Part shown: piece after piece, positions 9,456 through 19,577 of the stretch
Layout: every line of letters begins with the position of its first letter
How positions within the stretch are numbered: position 1 is the stretch's first letter
Source of the DNA: Candidatus Poribacteria bacterium
GTDB taxonomy: Bacteria > Poribacteria > WGA-4E > PCPOR2b
Direction of reading: 5' to 3'
DNA length: 64,000 nt
Assembly (NCBI GenBank): GCA_965208425.1
Contig: OZ242335.1
Span: forward strand, 2,119,181 to 2,183,180
Notes under the pieces: generated by a model
The model's input: the letters and a program-made list of their open reading frames with translations, nothing else
The model's database searches: none
What the model was told of the DNA's origin: nothing
Position numbers and translations under genes: made by a program

Positions 9456-12128
9456 ATGCAAATTCAGATTAAACCCAGTTTTCTGTTTTTCGTGTTTACG
9501 TTGTTCGTGTGCCTCAATTCCTTTTTCCTAGGGAATAGTGCTGCCCAAGTTCAAGATGAACCCATTGGTATATCTGCCAACTATACTTTTGAAACGATTG
9601 ATGTTCCCGGCGTCGAGTTTTTGGCGATAACAGCCAGTAGCGACTTTGAGGATTACGCCGGCTACACACTGAGCCCTGATGGTGAAAAGGAAGTCGGCTT
9701 TACACTCATTGATGGCGTTTTTGAGACCTATGATTTCCCCGGCTCGCAGAAAACCCATTTCTACGCGCTTGGTAATAATGGGCTAGCTGCGGGTCACTAC
9801 CAGGATAGCGACGGTCTGTATCATGGCGTTATTGTGGAAGATGGCGAAATGCGGCAATACCATTTTCCGGGTGCGGTCCAAACGGAGATATACGGGTATA
9901 GCGATTCGACGGGGGCAATGACGGGTAATTTTATTGATACTTCTGGCATTCGTCGTGGATTCTCAGGAGATGAAATAATTGAGTATCCCGGGGCAACGGC
10001 AACTTATGCCACTTTTGTGAACGACGTAGGCAATGTCGTGGGTAGCTACATAGATGCTGAAGGTACATATCATGTATACGTGCGTGGTCCCGGGGGTAGT
10101 TTTGCAACTCTGGATATTCCAGCAGGATCGGATCCCGAATACTTTTTTCTGCAAGGTATTAATAACGCCCTGATTGCTGTCGGTCGAGCCAAAGCGGTGG
10201 GTGATGTCCCGCGCACCTATGCCGGCAATGCCATCGGTCTACAAGAATTGCAGTTTCCGGGCAGCGTCAGCACGGAAGGCTGGAATGTTAATCAGGATGG
10301 CTCTATCGTGGGACACTATGACTCTGCGGATGGACGTAGACACGGGTTTATCGCTAGACCGAAAGCGGGTACTCCACAAGCACGACCCGGTGTTGTGCAG
10401 CCTGCCCTCAACTATACCTTTGAGAGTATTGATGTTCCCGGTGTAGATTTTCTGGCGGTAACTGCGAGTAGCGACTTTGAGGATTACGCCGGCAACATGC
10501 GGAGTGCTGATAGTGAAAAAGATATCGGCTTTACACTCATTGACGGCGTTTTTGAGACGTATGATTTCCCTGACTCGCAGGGCACCTATTTCTATGCACT
10601 CGGCAATGATGGGACAGCTGCGGGTCACTACCAAGATAGCGATGGTCTTTACCACGGTGTTATCTTAGAAAATGGCGAACTGCGTCAATATGATTTTCTA
10701 GGTGCTGTCGAAACGTTCATATACGGGTATAGTGATGCGACGGGACGACTAACGGGTAGTTTTATAGATGCTGATGGTGTTCGCCGTGGTTTCTCAGGAG
10801 ATCTAATAATTGAATACCCTGGGGCATCGGCAACCTACGCCGATTTTGTGAACTGGTCAGGCAATATCGTGGGCAGCTACGTGGATGCTGAAGGTATGTA
10901 TCATGCATACACGCGTAGTCCGGTGGGCAGATTTCTATCTATGGACCTTCCAAACGCAACAAATCTGGAATACTTTTTTCTGCACGGTCTCAACAATGCA
11001 AGGGCTGTCGTTGGTCGCGCCAAAGCGGTGGGTGATGTCCCGCGCACCTATGTCGGCAACCCCCTCAATCTACAAGAATTGCGGGTACCGGGCAGCGTCA
11101 GCACGGAAGGGTGGAATATCAATCAGGACGGCTCCGTCGTCGGACACTATGACTCAGCAGGTGGGCGCAGACATGGCTTTATTGCCAGACTCACTTCCGA
11201 GGCGGTGAGCGATTATTTTGGCAACGTCTTCAACGTCACACTGGCTAAAGGTCTGAACATGATCTCTGTGCCGTTGTCACCACCAGCGCCGATGACTGCA
11301 AAATCGCTTGCGGGGCTGACAGGGGCAACCACCGTCATCACACTCGATACGGCAAACCAGCAGTTCGTCGGGTGGACACCAACCGCACCGGACGACGGTT
11401 TTCCAATTGAGGGTGGGAAAGGTTATATCGTCAATGTTCCGGAAACTCGCCAATTTGCCTTCGTCGGGTCAGAATGGACAAATCAGACGGAAACTGCAGC
11501 AGCACCTGCTATCTCCGTGGAGCCGGTCCAAGAAGCGTGGGCGTTCGTTGTAAGTGGTCACTTGGACGGCAAAGCAGCGTTTGATGGTTATCAAGTTATC
11601 GTCCGTAATCTGAGGACAAATCACACAATAACCACCTCGGTACGTGGTGATTACTTCGCCGCTGCGACCGCTGACTTGGCACGGCGGAGTGTTGTCGAAG
11701 TTGGAGATGTGCTTGAAGTCCGTGTTATCGGGCCGGGTGGAAATGTTGAATCACACACCCTCAATTACGAAGTAACCCCTGAAGACCTAGCGAACGCGGT
11801 TATGTCTATCAGGCTTGATAGTATCGGTCAACCGAAGCTGACGCAGTTGTTGCAGAACTTCCCCAATCCGTTTAACCCTGAAACTTGGATTCCATACCAG
11901 CTTGAAACAGCCGCAGATGTCACCCTCCACATTTACCACACAGCAGGTGATATCGTGCGGACGCTGGATCTCGGTTTCAAGGGACAAGGGTTCTATATGA
12001 CGCGCTCTAGGGCAGCGTACTGGGATGGGCGCAATAACTTGGGCGAGCAGGTTGCTTCTGGGGTTTACTTCTACAGCTTACATACCCCTGACTTTTCAGC
12101 GACTCGGAAGATGTTAATTTTGAAGTAG
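9456..12128 (+). CDS. secreted HAF-like-repeat protein with C-terminal NPFNPET (FlgD-Ig / T9SS-type) sorting-like domain, paralog 1 of 3
   Basis: An 890-aa ORF with an AAAGGAG RBS. The signal peptide is MQIQIKPSFLFFVFTLFVCLNSFFLGNSAAQ. Two ~290-aa tandem super-repeats are each made of ~45-aa units of the pattern FPG..T..YGIN..G.VVG.Y.D..G..HGFIA, which is HAF/DUF3466-like. A conserved ~300-aa C-terminal module ends ...LLQNFPNPFNPETWIPYQLETAADVTLHIY...VASGVYFYSL...RKMLILK. Confidence 0.85.
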   Translation: MQIQIKPSFLFFVFTLFVCLNSFFLGNSAAQVQDEPIGISANYTFETIDVPGVEFLAITASSDFEDYAGYTLSPDGEKEVGFTLIDGVFETYDFPGSQKTHFYALGNNGLAAGHYQDSDGLYHGVIVEDGEMRQYHFPGAVQTEIYGYSDSTGAMTGNFIDTSGIRRGFSGDEIIEYPGATATYATFVNDVGNVVGSYIDAEGTYHVYVRGPGGSFATLDIPAGSDPEYFFLQGINNALIAVGRAKAVGDVPRTYAGNAIGLQELQFPGSVSTEGWNVNQDGSIVGHYDSADGRRHGFIARPKAGTPQARPGVVQPALNYTFESIDVPGVDFLAVTASSDFEDYAGNMRSADSEKDIGFTLIDGVFETYDFPDSQGTYFYALGNDGTAAGHYQDSDGLYHGVILENGELRQYDFLGAVETFIYGYSDATGRLTGSFIDADGVRRGFSGDLIIEYPGASATYADFVNWSGNIVGSYVDAEGMYHAYTRSPVGRFLSMDLPNATNLEYFFLHGLNNARAVVGRAKAVGDVPRTYVGNPLNLQELRVPGSVSTEGWNINQDGSVVGHYDSAGGRRHGFIARLTSEAVSDYFGNVFNVTLAKGLNMISVPLSPPAPMTAKSLAGLTGATTVITLDTANQQFVGWTPTAPDDGFPIEGGKGYIVNVPETRQFAFVGSEWTNQTETAAAPAISVEPVQEAWAFVVSGHLDGKAAFDGYQVIVRNLRTNHTITTSVRGDYFAAATADLARRSVVEVGDVLEVRVIGPGGNVESHTLNYEVTPEDLANAVMSIRLDSIGQPKLTQLLQNFPNPFNPETWIPYQLETAADVTLHIYHTAGDIVRTLDLGFKGQGFYMTRSRAAYWDGRNNLGEQVASGVYFYSLHTPDFSATRKMLILK

Positions 12129-12706
12129 CCCCGTAGGTTGGGTAGAGCGTTAGCGAAACCCAACATAATCAACTTTCGCTCTCTGGTAGGTGCGGTTTCC
12201 AACCGCACCGCATTCAATCCAATCCGGTAGGTGCGGTTTCCAACCGCACTGCATCAGCACAGAAAGTTCATGTAGGTCGAGATTCACATCTCGACAAAAT
12301 CTCTTGGAAAATTGACCTATAGGAGGGCTAAATGTAGGGGCAGGTTTCTTAATCCCGCCTGTCCCGATTTATCGGGGATCTATCGGGGTCTTGTGCCTGC
12401 CCAAAAAGATGAGCGCGGAGTAGCCCCGTAGGTTGGGCAGAGCGTTAGCGAAACCCAACATAATCAACTTTTGCCCTCTGGTAGGTGCGGTTTCATGAAG
12501 TTTAATTTATTAATTCGGTAATCCCGATTTTCCTCGAAACATAGGGTAGGCGCGGTTTTCAACCGCGCTGGCGTCGATAGCAAATTACCGAAGTATTTTT
12601 TTATCTTCATCCAACCGCACCGGTTTCAAATGTCTCATTAATTCTAAAATCTACCGTAAATTATAGAAATGGGCAACATCAGTCCACCGAAAAGGAGCTT
12701 TTCTTT
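12129..12706. repeat. BIME-like cluster of GTAGG-prefixed REP hairpins between paralogs 1 and 2
   Basis: It contains CCCCGTAGGTTGGGTAGAGCGTTAGCGAAACCCAAC x2 (12127, 12418), GTAGGTGCGGTTTCCAACCGCACC x3, GTAGGTCGAGATTCACATCTCGAC, GTAGGGGCAGGTTTCTTAATCCCGCCTGTCCCGATTTATCGGGG, and then the R-box at 12634. Confidence 0.85.
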
Positions 12707-15411
12707 ATGCACAGTCAGGCCAAACCCAATTTTCTGTTTTACATCTTTACGTTGTTCGTATGCCTCAATTCCTTTTTCTTAAGTAACACCGATGCACAAA
12801 CCGATAATGACTCAACTCCCCCACCGCCTGAATTCAGCTACACTTATGAGAGTATTGATGTCCCCGGCGTAAATTTTTTAGCGTTGACAGCGAGTTCTGA
12901 CTTTGAGGATTACGCGGGTTACACGCGTAGTGCTGATGGTGAAAAGGAAGTCGCCTTTACACTCATTGATGGGGTTTTTACGACCTATGATTTCCCCGGC
13001 TCGCAGAAAACTCGTTTCTATGCGCTTGGTAATGATGGGACAGCTGCGGGCCACTACCAAGATAGCGATGGTCTTTACCATGGTGTCGTCTTGAAAAATG
13101 GCGAATTGCGCCAGTACGATTTTGAGGGTGCAGTCCAAACGGAGATATATGGTTTCAGTGATGCAACGGGCGTTCTGACGGGTAATTTTATAGATGCTTC
13201 TGGCGTTCGCCGTGGATTCTCAGGGGACACAATCGTTGAAGCGCCTGATGCAACAGCAACATACGCCGATTTTGTGAACGCGAGTGGCGCTATCACAGGA
13301 AGTTACGTAGGTGCTGACGGTCTATATTATCCATACGTGCGCACCCTGAATGGCACATTTGTAATTCACGACTATCTGGATTCATCAACTCTGGAATACT
13401 TTTTTGTGCACGGTCTCACTGATACAAGGATTATCGTTGCACGAGCTAAAGCGATAGGTGATATTCCACGTTCCTATGTCGGCACATCCCAGCAAGGATT
13501 ATCTGAATTACAGTTTCCGGGCAGTGTTAGCACAGAGGGTTGGAATATTAATCAAGATGGGTCTGCCGTCGGGTATTACGACTCTGCGGATGGACGTAGA
13601 CACGGATTTATCGCCAGACCCACTGCGGAAACTGCTGAAAAATTCAGAGATATAGCTTATCCCCCCCCACCTGAATTCAATTATACTTATCAGAGCATTG
13701 ATGTTCCGGGAATAGATTTTCTGGCGTTGACGGCGAGCAGCGACTTTGGGGGGTATGCAGGCTACGCGCGAAGTCCTGATGGTGAAAAGGAAGTTGCGTT
13801 TACACTCATTGACGGTGTGTTTACAACGTATGATTTTCCCGGCTCACAGGGTACCTATTTCTATGCACTCGGCAATAATGGGTTAGCTGCAGGGCACTAC
13901 CAAGATAGCGATGGCCTTTACCATGGTGTCGTCTTGGAAAATGGTGAACTGCGCCAATACGATTTTGAGGGTGCGGTCCAAACGGAGATATATGGTTTCA
14001 GCGATGCAACGGGTGTTCTGACGGGTAATTTTATAGATGCTTCTGGTGTTCGTCGTGGATTTTCAGGGGACACAATCGTTGAAGCGCCTGATGCAACAGC
14101 AACATACGCCGATTTTGTGAACTCACAAGGTCTTGTCGTAGGCAGCTACATGGATGCTGATGGTTTATTTCATGCCTACGCGCGCACCTTGAGTGGTCGG
14201 TTTATACTTCTTGACTATCTTGACCCGCTAACTCTGGAATACTTTTTTTTACACGGTATTAACGACGGGGGGGAAGGGGTGTATTTGTGATTGCCCGATC
14301 CAAATTTGTGGATGATATTCCACGCTCCTATGTCGGCTCATATCTGTACGGGCTACACGAATTGTGGTTTCCGGGTAGCGTGAGCACAGAGGGTTGGAAT
14401 ATCAATCAGGACGGCTCCGTCGTCGGACACTATGACTCAGCAGATGGGCGCAGACACGGGTTTATTGCCAGACTCGGCACTAAATCAGAGAGCGATTATT
14501 TTAGTAACGCCTTCAATATCACGCTCGATAAAGGTTTGAACATGATTTCTGTGCCGTTGTCACCACCAACACCGATGACTGCGAAGTCACTTGCCGCGCT
14601 GACAGGGGCGACCACCGTCATCACACTCGATACGGCAAACCAGCAGTTCGTCGGGTGGACGCCAAGTGCACCGGACGACGGGTTTCCTATTGAAGGTGGG
14701 AAAGGTTATATCGTCAATGTTCCGGAAACTCGCGAATTTGCCTTCGTCGGGTCAGAATGGACAAATCAGACGGAAACTGCAGCAGCACCTGCTATCTCCG
14801 TGGAGCCGGTCCAAGAAGCGTGGGCGTTCGTTGTAAGTGGTCACTTGGACGGCAAAGCAGCGTTTGACGATTACCAAGTAATCGTCCGTAACCTCAGAAC
14901 AGACAGGGTGATAACTGCTTCGGTGCAAGGTGATTACTTCGCCGCGGCAACCGCCGACTTGGCGCGCCGGAGCGTTGTCGAAGTTGGAGATGTCATTGAA
15001 GTCCGTGTTATTGGGCCGGGTGGAAATGTTGAATCACACACGCTCAACTTTGAAGTAACCCCTGAGGACCTAGCGAACGCGGTTATGTCTATCAGGCTTG
15101 ACAGTATCGGTCAACCGAAACTGACGCAGCTGTTGCAGAACTTCCCCAATCCGTTCAACCCGGAGACATGGATTCCATACCAGCTTGAAACAGCCGCAGA
15201 TGTCACCCTCCAGATTTATGATACGTCTGGCGATCTGGTGCGGACATTAGATCTCGGTTTCAAGGGACAAGGGTTCTATATGACACGCTCTAGGGCAGCG
15301 TACTGGGATGGGCGTAACAATTTGGGCGAGCAGGTTGCCTCTGGGATTTACTTCTACAGTTTGCATACCCCTGACTTTTCAGCGACTCGGAAGATGTTAA
15401 TTTTGAAGTAG
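12707..15411 (+). pseudogene. secreted HAF-like-repeat protein paralog 2, reading frame broken at a G7 homopolymer (about 14265-14290). The ORF track splits it into 12707-14290 and 14287-15411.
   Basis: The N-terminal part (527 aa, MHSQAKPNFLFYIFTLFVCLNSFFL...) stops at HGINDGGEGVYL*. The downstream frame continues IARSKFVDDIPRSYVGS..., homologous to the IVARAKAIGDIPRSY segment of the intact repeats. The C-terminal module is more than 90% identical to those of paralogs 1 and 3. Confidence 0.75.
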
Positions 15412-15709
15412 CCCCGTAGGTTGGGTAGAGCGTTAGCGAAACCCAACATAATCAACTATGGTGGATTCTAAAAACAGATAGACACTTTCGTCCTTTGGTA
15501 GGTGCGGTTTCCAACCGCACCGCATCGGCACAGTTAGAAACAGTGCCTACCAAACCGGAGAACGGTAGGTGCGGTTTCCTAACCGCACCCGTGCCGACTC
15601 GTCGAGCATCCTTGATAAATCGGGATTTGAAGTGTCTCATTAATTCTAAGATTCACTATAAATTATAGGAATGGACAACATTAGTCCACCGAAAGGGAGT
15701 TTTTTCTTT

Positions 15710-18382
15710 ATGCACAATCAGACCAAACCCAATTTTCTGTTTTTCGTGTTTATGTTGTTCGTATGCCTCAATTCCTTTTTCCTAGGGAATAGTGCTGCCC
15801 AAGTTCAAGATGAACCCGTTGGTATATCTGCCAACTATACTTTTGAAACGATCGACGTTCCGGGCGTAGATTTTTTAGCGTTGACGGCAAGTTCCGATTT
15901 TGAGGATTATGCCGGTTACACGAAAAGTGCTGATGGTGAAAAAAATGTCGGTTTTACACTGATTGATGGCATTTTTATAACCTACGATTTCCCTGGTGCC
16001 CAAAACACGTATTTCTACGCGCTTGGTAATGATGGGCGCGCTGCGGGCTACTACGAAGATAGCGAGGGTTTGCACCACGGTGTTATCTTGGAAGATGGTG
16101 AGATACGGCAATACGATTTCCCCGATGCTGTGCAAACAGAGATATACGGTATTAGTGACGCGACGGGAGTATTGACGGGTAATTGGATAGATGCTGCTGG
16201 TGTTCAGCGTGGATTTACAGGAGACACAATCCTTGAGTTCCCCGGGGCAACAGCAACATTCTCCGATTTCGTCAACTCCGCAGGCAATATGTTCGGCAGC
16301 TACATAGATGCTGACGGGCTATTTCAAGAATATGCATATTCCTCGGATGGCAGGTATATAGCTTTCGATCTCGCAAATGCAGAAAATCTCGAATTCTTTT
16401 ATGTGCATGGTTATAACGATACAAAGACAAGGGTTGCCCGAGGTAAAGTGTTCGGTGATGTCACACGCACTTATCTAGGTACATTTGTTGACGGTCTGCG
16501 GGAATTGAAGGTTCCGGGCAGCGTCAGCACAGAAGGTTATAATATCAATCAGGACGGTTCTGTTGTCGGGTTCTATGAGACACCCGATGGACGTAGACAC
16601 GGGTTTATTGCCAAACCCATTGAAGTCGTTGATAAACCCGTTTTCCAAATCAGTGGCTTCAACTATACTTATGAGAATATTGATGTACCGGGCGTAGATT
16701 TTCTGTCGTTGACAGCAAGTTCTGACTATGAAGATTACGCGGGCTACACGAAAAGTGCCGATGGCGAAAAAATGGTCGCCTTTACCCTTATTGATGGTGT
16801 TTTTAAGACCTACGATTTTCCCGGTTCACAGAATACCTATTTCTTTGCACTCGGTAATAATGGCGATGCTGCCGGCTACTACGAGGATAGCGAGGGGCAC
16901 CACCGCGGTATCGTCCTACAAAATGGCGAGTTACGCCAATACGATTTTCCGGGCTCCGTTGAAACAGAAATATACGGCATTTCTGATGCAACGGGGAACC
17001 TGACGGGTAATTGGACAGATGCTTCCGGCGTGCGTCGCGGATTCACAGCGGACATAATCGTTGAGTATCCGGGGGCATCGGAAACATTCGCCGATTTTAT
17101 CAATGCGTCAGGGGGTATGGTCGGCAGCTACGTAGATGCCGAGGGTACATATACACCATACCTACGCGCTGGAGATGGCAGGTTTGTATCTTTCGACCTT
17201 CCGACCGAAGAAACTTATGAATTCTTTTATGTGCACGGTCAAACCGATACGAAGATTTCCGTTGCTCGAGGCAAAGTCGTAGGTGATGTTCCCCGCACTT
17301 ATGTCGGTTCATTCCTTGGGGGGCTCCATGAATTGAAAGTTCCAGGCAGCGTTTCAACGGAAGGGTACAATATCAATCAGGACGTTTCTGTCGTTGGACA
17401 CTATGACTCCCCGGATGGACGCAGACACGGCTTTATCGCAAGACTCGTTGATAAAGCAGAGAGCGAGCATTTCGGCAATACTTATACCGTCACGCTGGAT
17501 AAAGGTCTGAACATGATCTCTGTGCCGTTGTCACCACCAGCGCCGATGACTGCAAAATCGCTTGCGGGGCTGACAGGAGCGACAACCGTCATCACACTCG
17601 ATACGGCAAACCAGCAATTTGTCGGGTGGACACCAACCTCACCGGACGACGGTTTTCCAATTGAAGGTGGAAAAGGCTATATCGTCAATGTTCCGGAAAC
17701 TCGCGAATTTGCCTTTGTCGGGTCAGAATGGACAAATCAGACGGAAACTGCAGCAGCACCCGGTATATCCGCGGATCCAGTCCAAGAAGCGTGGGCGTTC
17801 GTTGTGAGTGGTCACTTGGAGGGTAAACAAGCGTTTGACGGTTATCAAGTAATCGTCCGTAATCTGAGAACAAACGAGGTGATAACCACCGCAGTACGAG
17901 GCGATTACTTCGCCGCTGCAACCGCCGACTTGGCGCGGCGGAGCGTCGTCGAAGTTGGAGATGTCATTGAGGTCGATGTCATCGGTCCCGACAGAAATGT
18001 TGAATCACACACCCTCAATTATGAAGTGACCCCTGAAGACCTAGCGAATGCGGTTATGTCTATCAGGCTTGACAGTATCGGTCAACCGAAGCTGACTCAG
18101 TTGTTGCAGAACTTCCCCAATCCGTTCAACCCGGAGACATGGATTCCATATCAGCTTGAAACAGCCGCAGATGTCACCCTCCAGATTTATGATACGTCTG
18201 GCGATCTTGTGCGGACGTTGGATCTCGGTTTCAAGGGACAAGGGTTCTATATGACGCGCTCTCGGGCCGCGTACTGGGACGGACGCAACAACTTGGGTGA
18301 GCAGGTTGCCTCTGGAATTTACTTCTACAGTTTGCATACCCCCGACTTTTCGGCGACACGCAAGATGCTGATTTTGAAGTAG
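15710..18382 (+). CDS. secreted HAF-like-repeat protein with C-terminal NPFNPET sorting-like domain, paralog 3 of 3
   Basis: The ORF track starts at 15671. Homology to the paralog N-termini and the GAAAGGGAG RBS favour the ATG at 15710 (MHNQTKPNFLFFVFMLFVCLNSFFLGNSAAQ). The architecture matches paralog 1. The C-terminal 300 aa are almost identical to those of paralogs 1 and 2. Confidence 0.85.
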   Translation: MHNQTKPNFLFFVFMLFVCLNSFFLGNSAAQVQDEPVGISANYTFETIDVPGVDFLALTASSDFEDYAGYTKSADGEKNVGFTLIDGIFITYDFPGAQNTYFYALGNDGRAAGYYEDSEGLHHGVILEDGEIRQYDFPDAVQTEIYGISDATGVLTGNWIDAAGVQRGFTGDTILEFPGATATFSDFVNSAGNMFGSYIDADGLFQEYAYSSDGRYIAFDLANAENLEFFYVHGYNDTKTRVARGKVFGDVTRTYLGTFVDGLRELKVPGSVSTEGYNINQDGSVVGFYETPDGRRHGFIAKPIEVVDKPVFQISGFNYTYENIDVPGVDFLSLTASSDYEDYAGYTKSADGEKMVAFTLIDGVFKTYDFPGSQNTYFFALGNNGDAAGYYEDSEGHHRGIVLQNGELRQYDFPGSVETEIYGISDATGNLTGNWTDASGVRRGFTADIIVEYPGASETFADFINASGGMVGSYVDAEGTYTPYLRAGDGRFVSFDLPTEETYEFFYVHGQTDTKISVARGKVVGDVPRTYVGSFLGGLHELKVPGSVSTEGYNINQDVSVVGHYDSPDGRRHGFIARLVDKAESEHFGNTYTVTLDKGLNMISVPLSPPAPMTAKSLAGLTGATTVITLDTANQQFVGWTPTSPDDGFPIEGGKGYIVNVPETREFAFVGSEWTNQTETAAAPGISADPVQEAWAFVVSGHLEGKQAFDGYQVIVRNLRTNEVITTAVRGDYFAAATADLARRSVVEVGDVIEVDVIGPDRNVESHTLNYEVTPEDLANAVMSIRLDSIGQPKLTQLLQNFPNPFNPETWIPYQLETAADVTLQIYDTSGDLVRTLDLGFKGQGFYMTRSRAAYWDGRNNLGEQVASGIYFYSLHTPDFSATRKMLILK

Positions 18383-18456
18383 CTCCGTAGGTTGGGTAGA
18401 GCGTTAGCGAAACCCAACATGATGAGTTTAATGCGGAGTCAGGAAGGACTAAAAAA

Positions 18457-19293
18457 ATGCCTGTCTTAACGGCAGAAGATCGAAAGTTCTGGGAAGAAAA
18501 CGGCTATGTGGTCGTTCACAACGCCGTTCCAACCGAAAATCTCAAAGCTGCCGAGCGGGCGGTATGGGATTTTTTGGAGATGCAGCCCGACGAGCCTGCG
18601 AGCTGGTATCCCGACCCGCCTCGCTCCACCATCATGACGGAGATGTATCAGCATCAGGCACTATGGGACAACCGTCAGTATCCTCGTATTCATCAAGCGT
18701 TTGCGGAGATTTGGGATACTGAACAGTTGTGGGTGAGCATTGACCGCGCCAGCATGAACCCGCCAGAGCTACCGGATTGGAAATACCCCGGCAAACTTCA
18801 CTGGGATACTCAATTGGAACCGCCGATTGAGTTCTGGGTTCAGGGGGTGCTATACCTGACAGACACCGCAGCCGACCAAGGCGCGTTCACCTGTGTACCG
18901 GGCTTCCATCACCAACTGGAGGGTTGGCTCAAAGACTTGCCCCCGGAGACGAATCCGCGTGAGCAAGATCTGAACAGCCTCGGTGCTAAATCGATTCCTG
19001 GGAAAGCAGGTGATCTCATCATCTGGCACAGTGCCTTGCCCCACGGCAGCAGTTCCAACACAGCCATGGTCCCACGCGTGGTCCAGTACATCACCATGTT
19101 CCCATCGCAAAGATACGGTGAGGATGCCCGAAACCATCGCATCAAAGCGTGGCAAGATCGCCTAGCGGGACTGGTCATTGAGGTCACCGGTATAACCACG
19201 TGGGAACTCCGAAACGAGAAAGAGCATCAAATAGGTCAGACAGCAGAACTGTCTCCACTGGGGCGAAAATTGTTAGGACTGGATCAATGGTAG
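18457..19293 (+). CDS. phytanoyl-CoA dioxygenase (PhyH) family protein
   Basis: A 278-aa ORF with an AGGAAGGA RBS. The N-terminus reads LTAEDRKFWEENGYVVVHNAV, and a C-terminal WHSALPHGSSSN His motif is present. Confidence 0.8.
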   Translation: MPVLTAEDRKFWEENGYVVVHNAVPTENLKAAERAVWDFLEMQPDEPASWYPDPPRSTIMTEMYQHQALWDNRQYPRIHQAFAEIWDTEQLWVSIDRASMNPPELPDWKYPGKLHWDTQLEPPIEFWVQGVLYLTDTAADQGAFTCVPGFHHQLEGWLKDLPPETNPREQDLNSLGAKSIPGKAGDLIIWHSALPHGSSSNTAMVPRVVQYITMFPSQRYGEDARNHRIKAWQDRLAGLVIEVTGITTWELRNEKEHQIGQTAELSPLGRKLLGLDQW

Positions 19294-19577
19294 TAGGCAC
19301 GCTCTGTGTGCCGTAACCTGCCCCCATTTCCGTAGGTCGGGCATCCCCCGCGGGATCCTCCCGGACTTGTCCGGTGCTTCGTAGGGAACGCAGATCTGCG
19401 TTCCATTTTTTTTACGTATTACGAATTACGTATTATACTTCATTAACCCCAGTTGCTTTGAATCCCGATCCTATCGGGGCAGGGCGGTATGTTTATAGAA
19501 TACCAGCGATCTAAATCTTCTCAAGCCCCAGCGGGGCGACATGTGTGTAGAACGTCATCCAAAAAAGGAAACGACAA

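Noticed and set aside
9247-9456. 69-aa ORF immediately upstream of paralog 1
   Set aside because: It lies in the promoter and repeat region. It runs straight into the paralog start, has no RBS and has no conservation upstream of the other paralogs.
10239-10655. Antisense ORFs inside the repeat-protein genes (10239-10655, 12878-13138, 15875-16135, 18041-18337 minus, and similar)
   Set aside because: They recur only because the sense genes are internally repeated. They have no RBS, and the sense frames carry the conserved domain signal.
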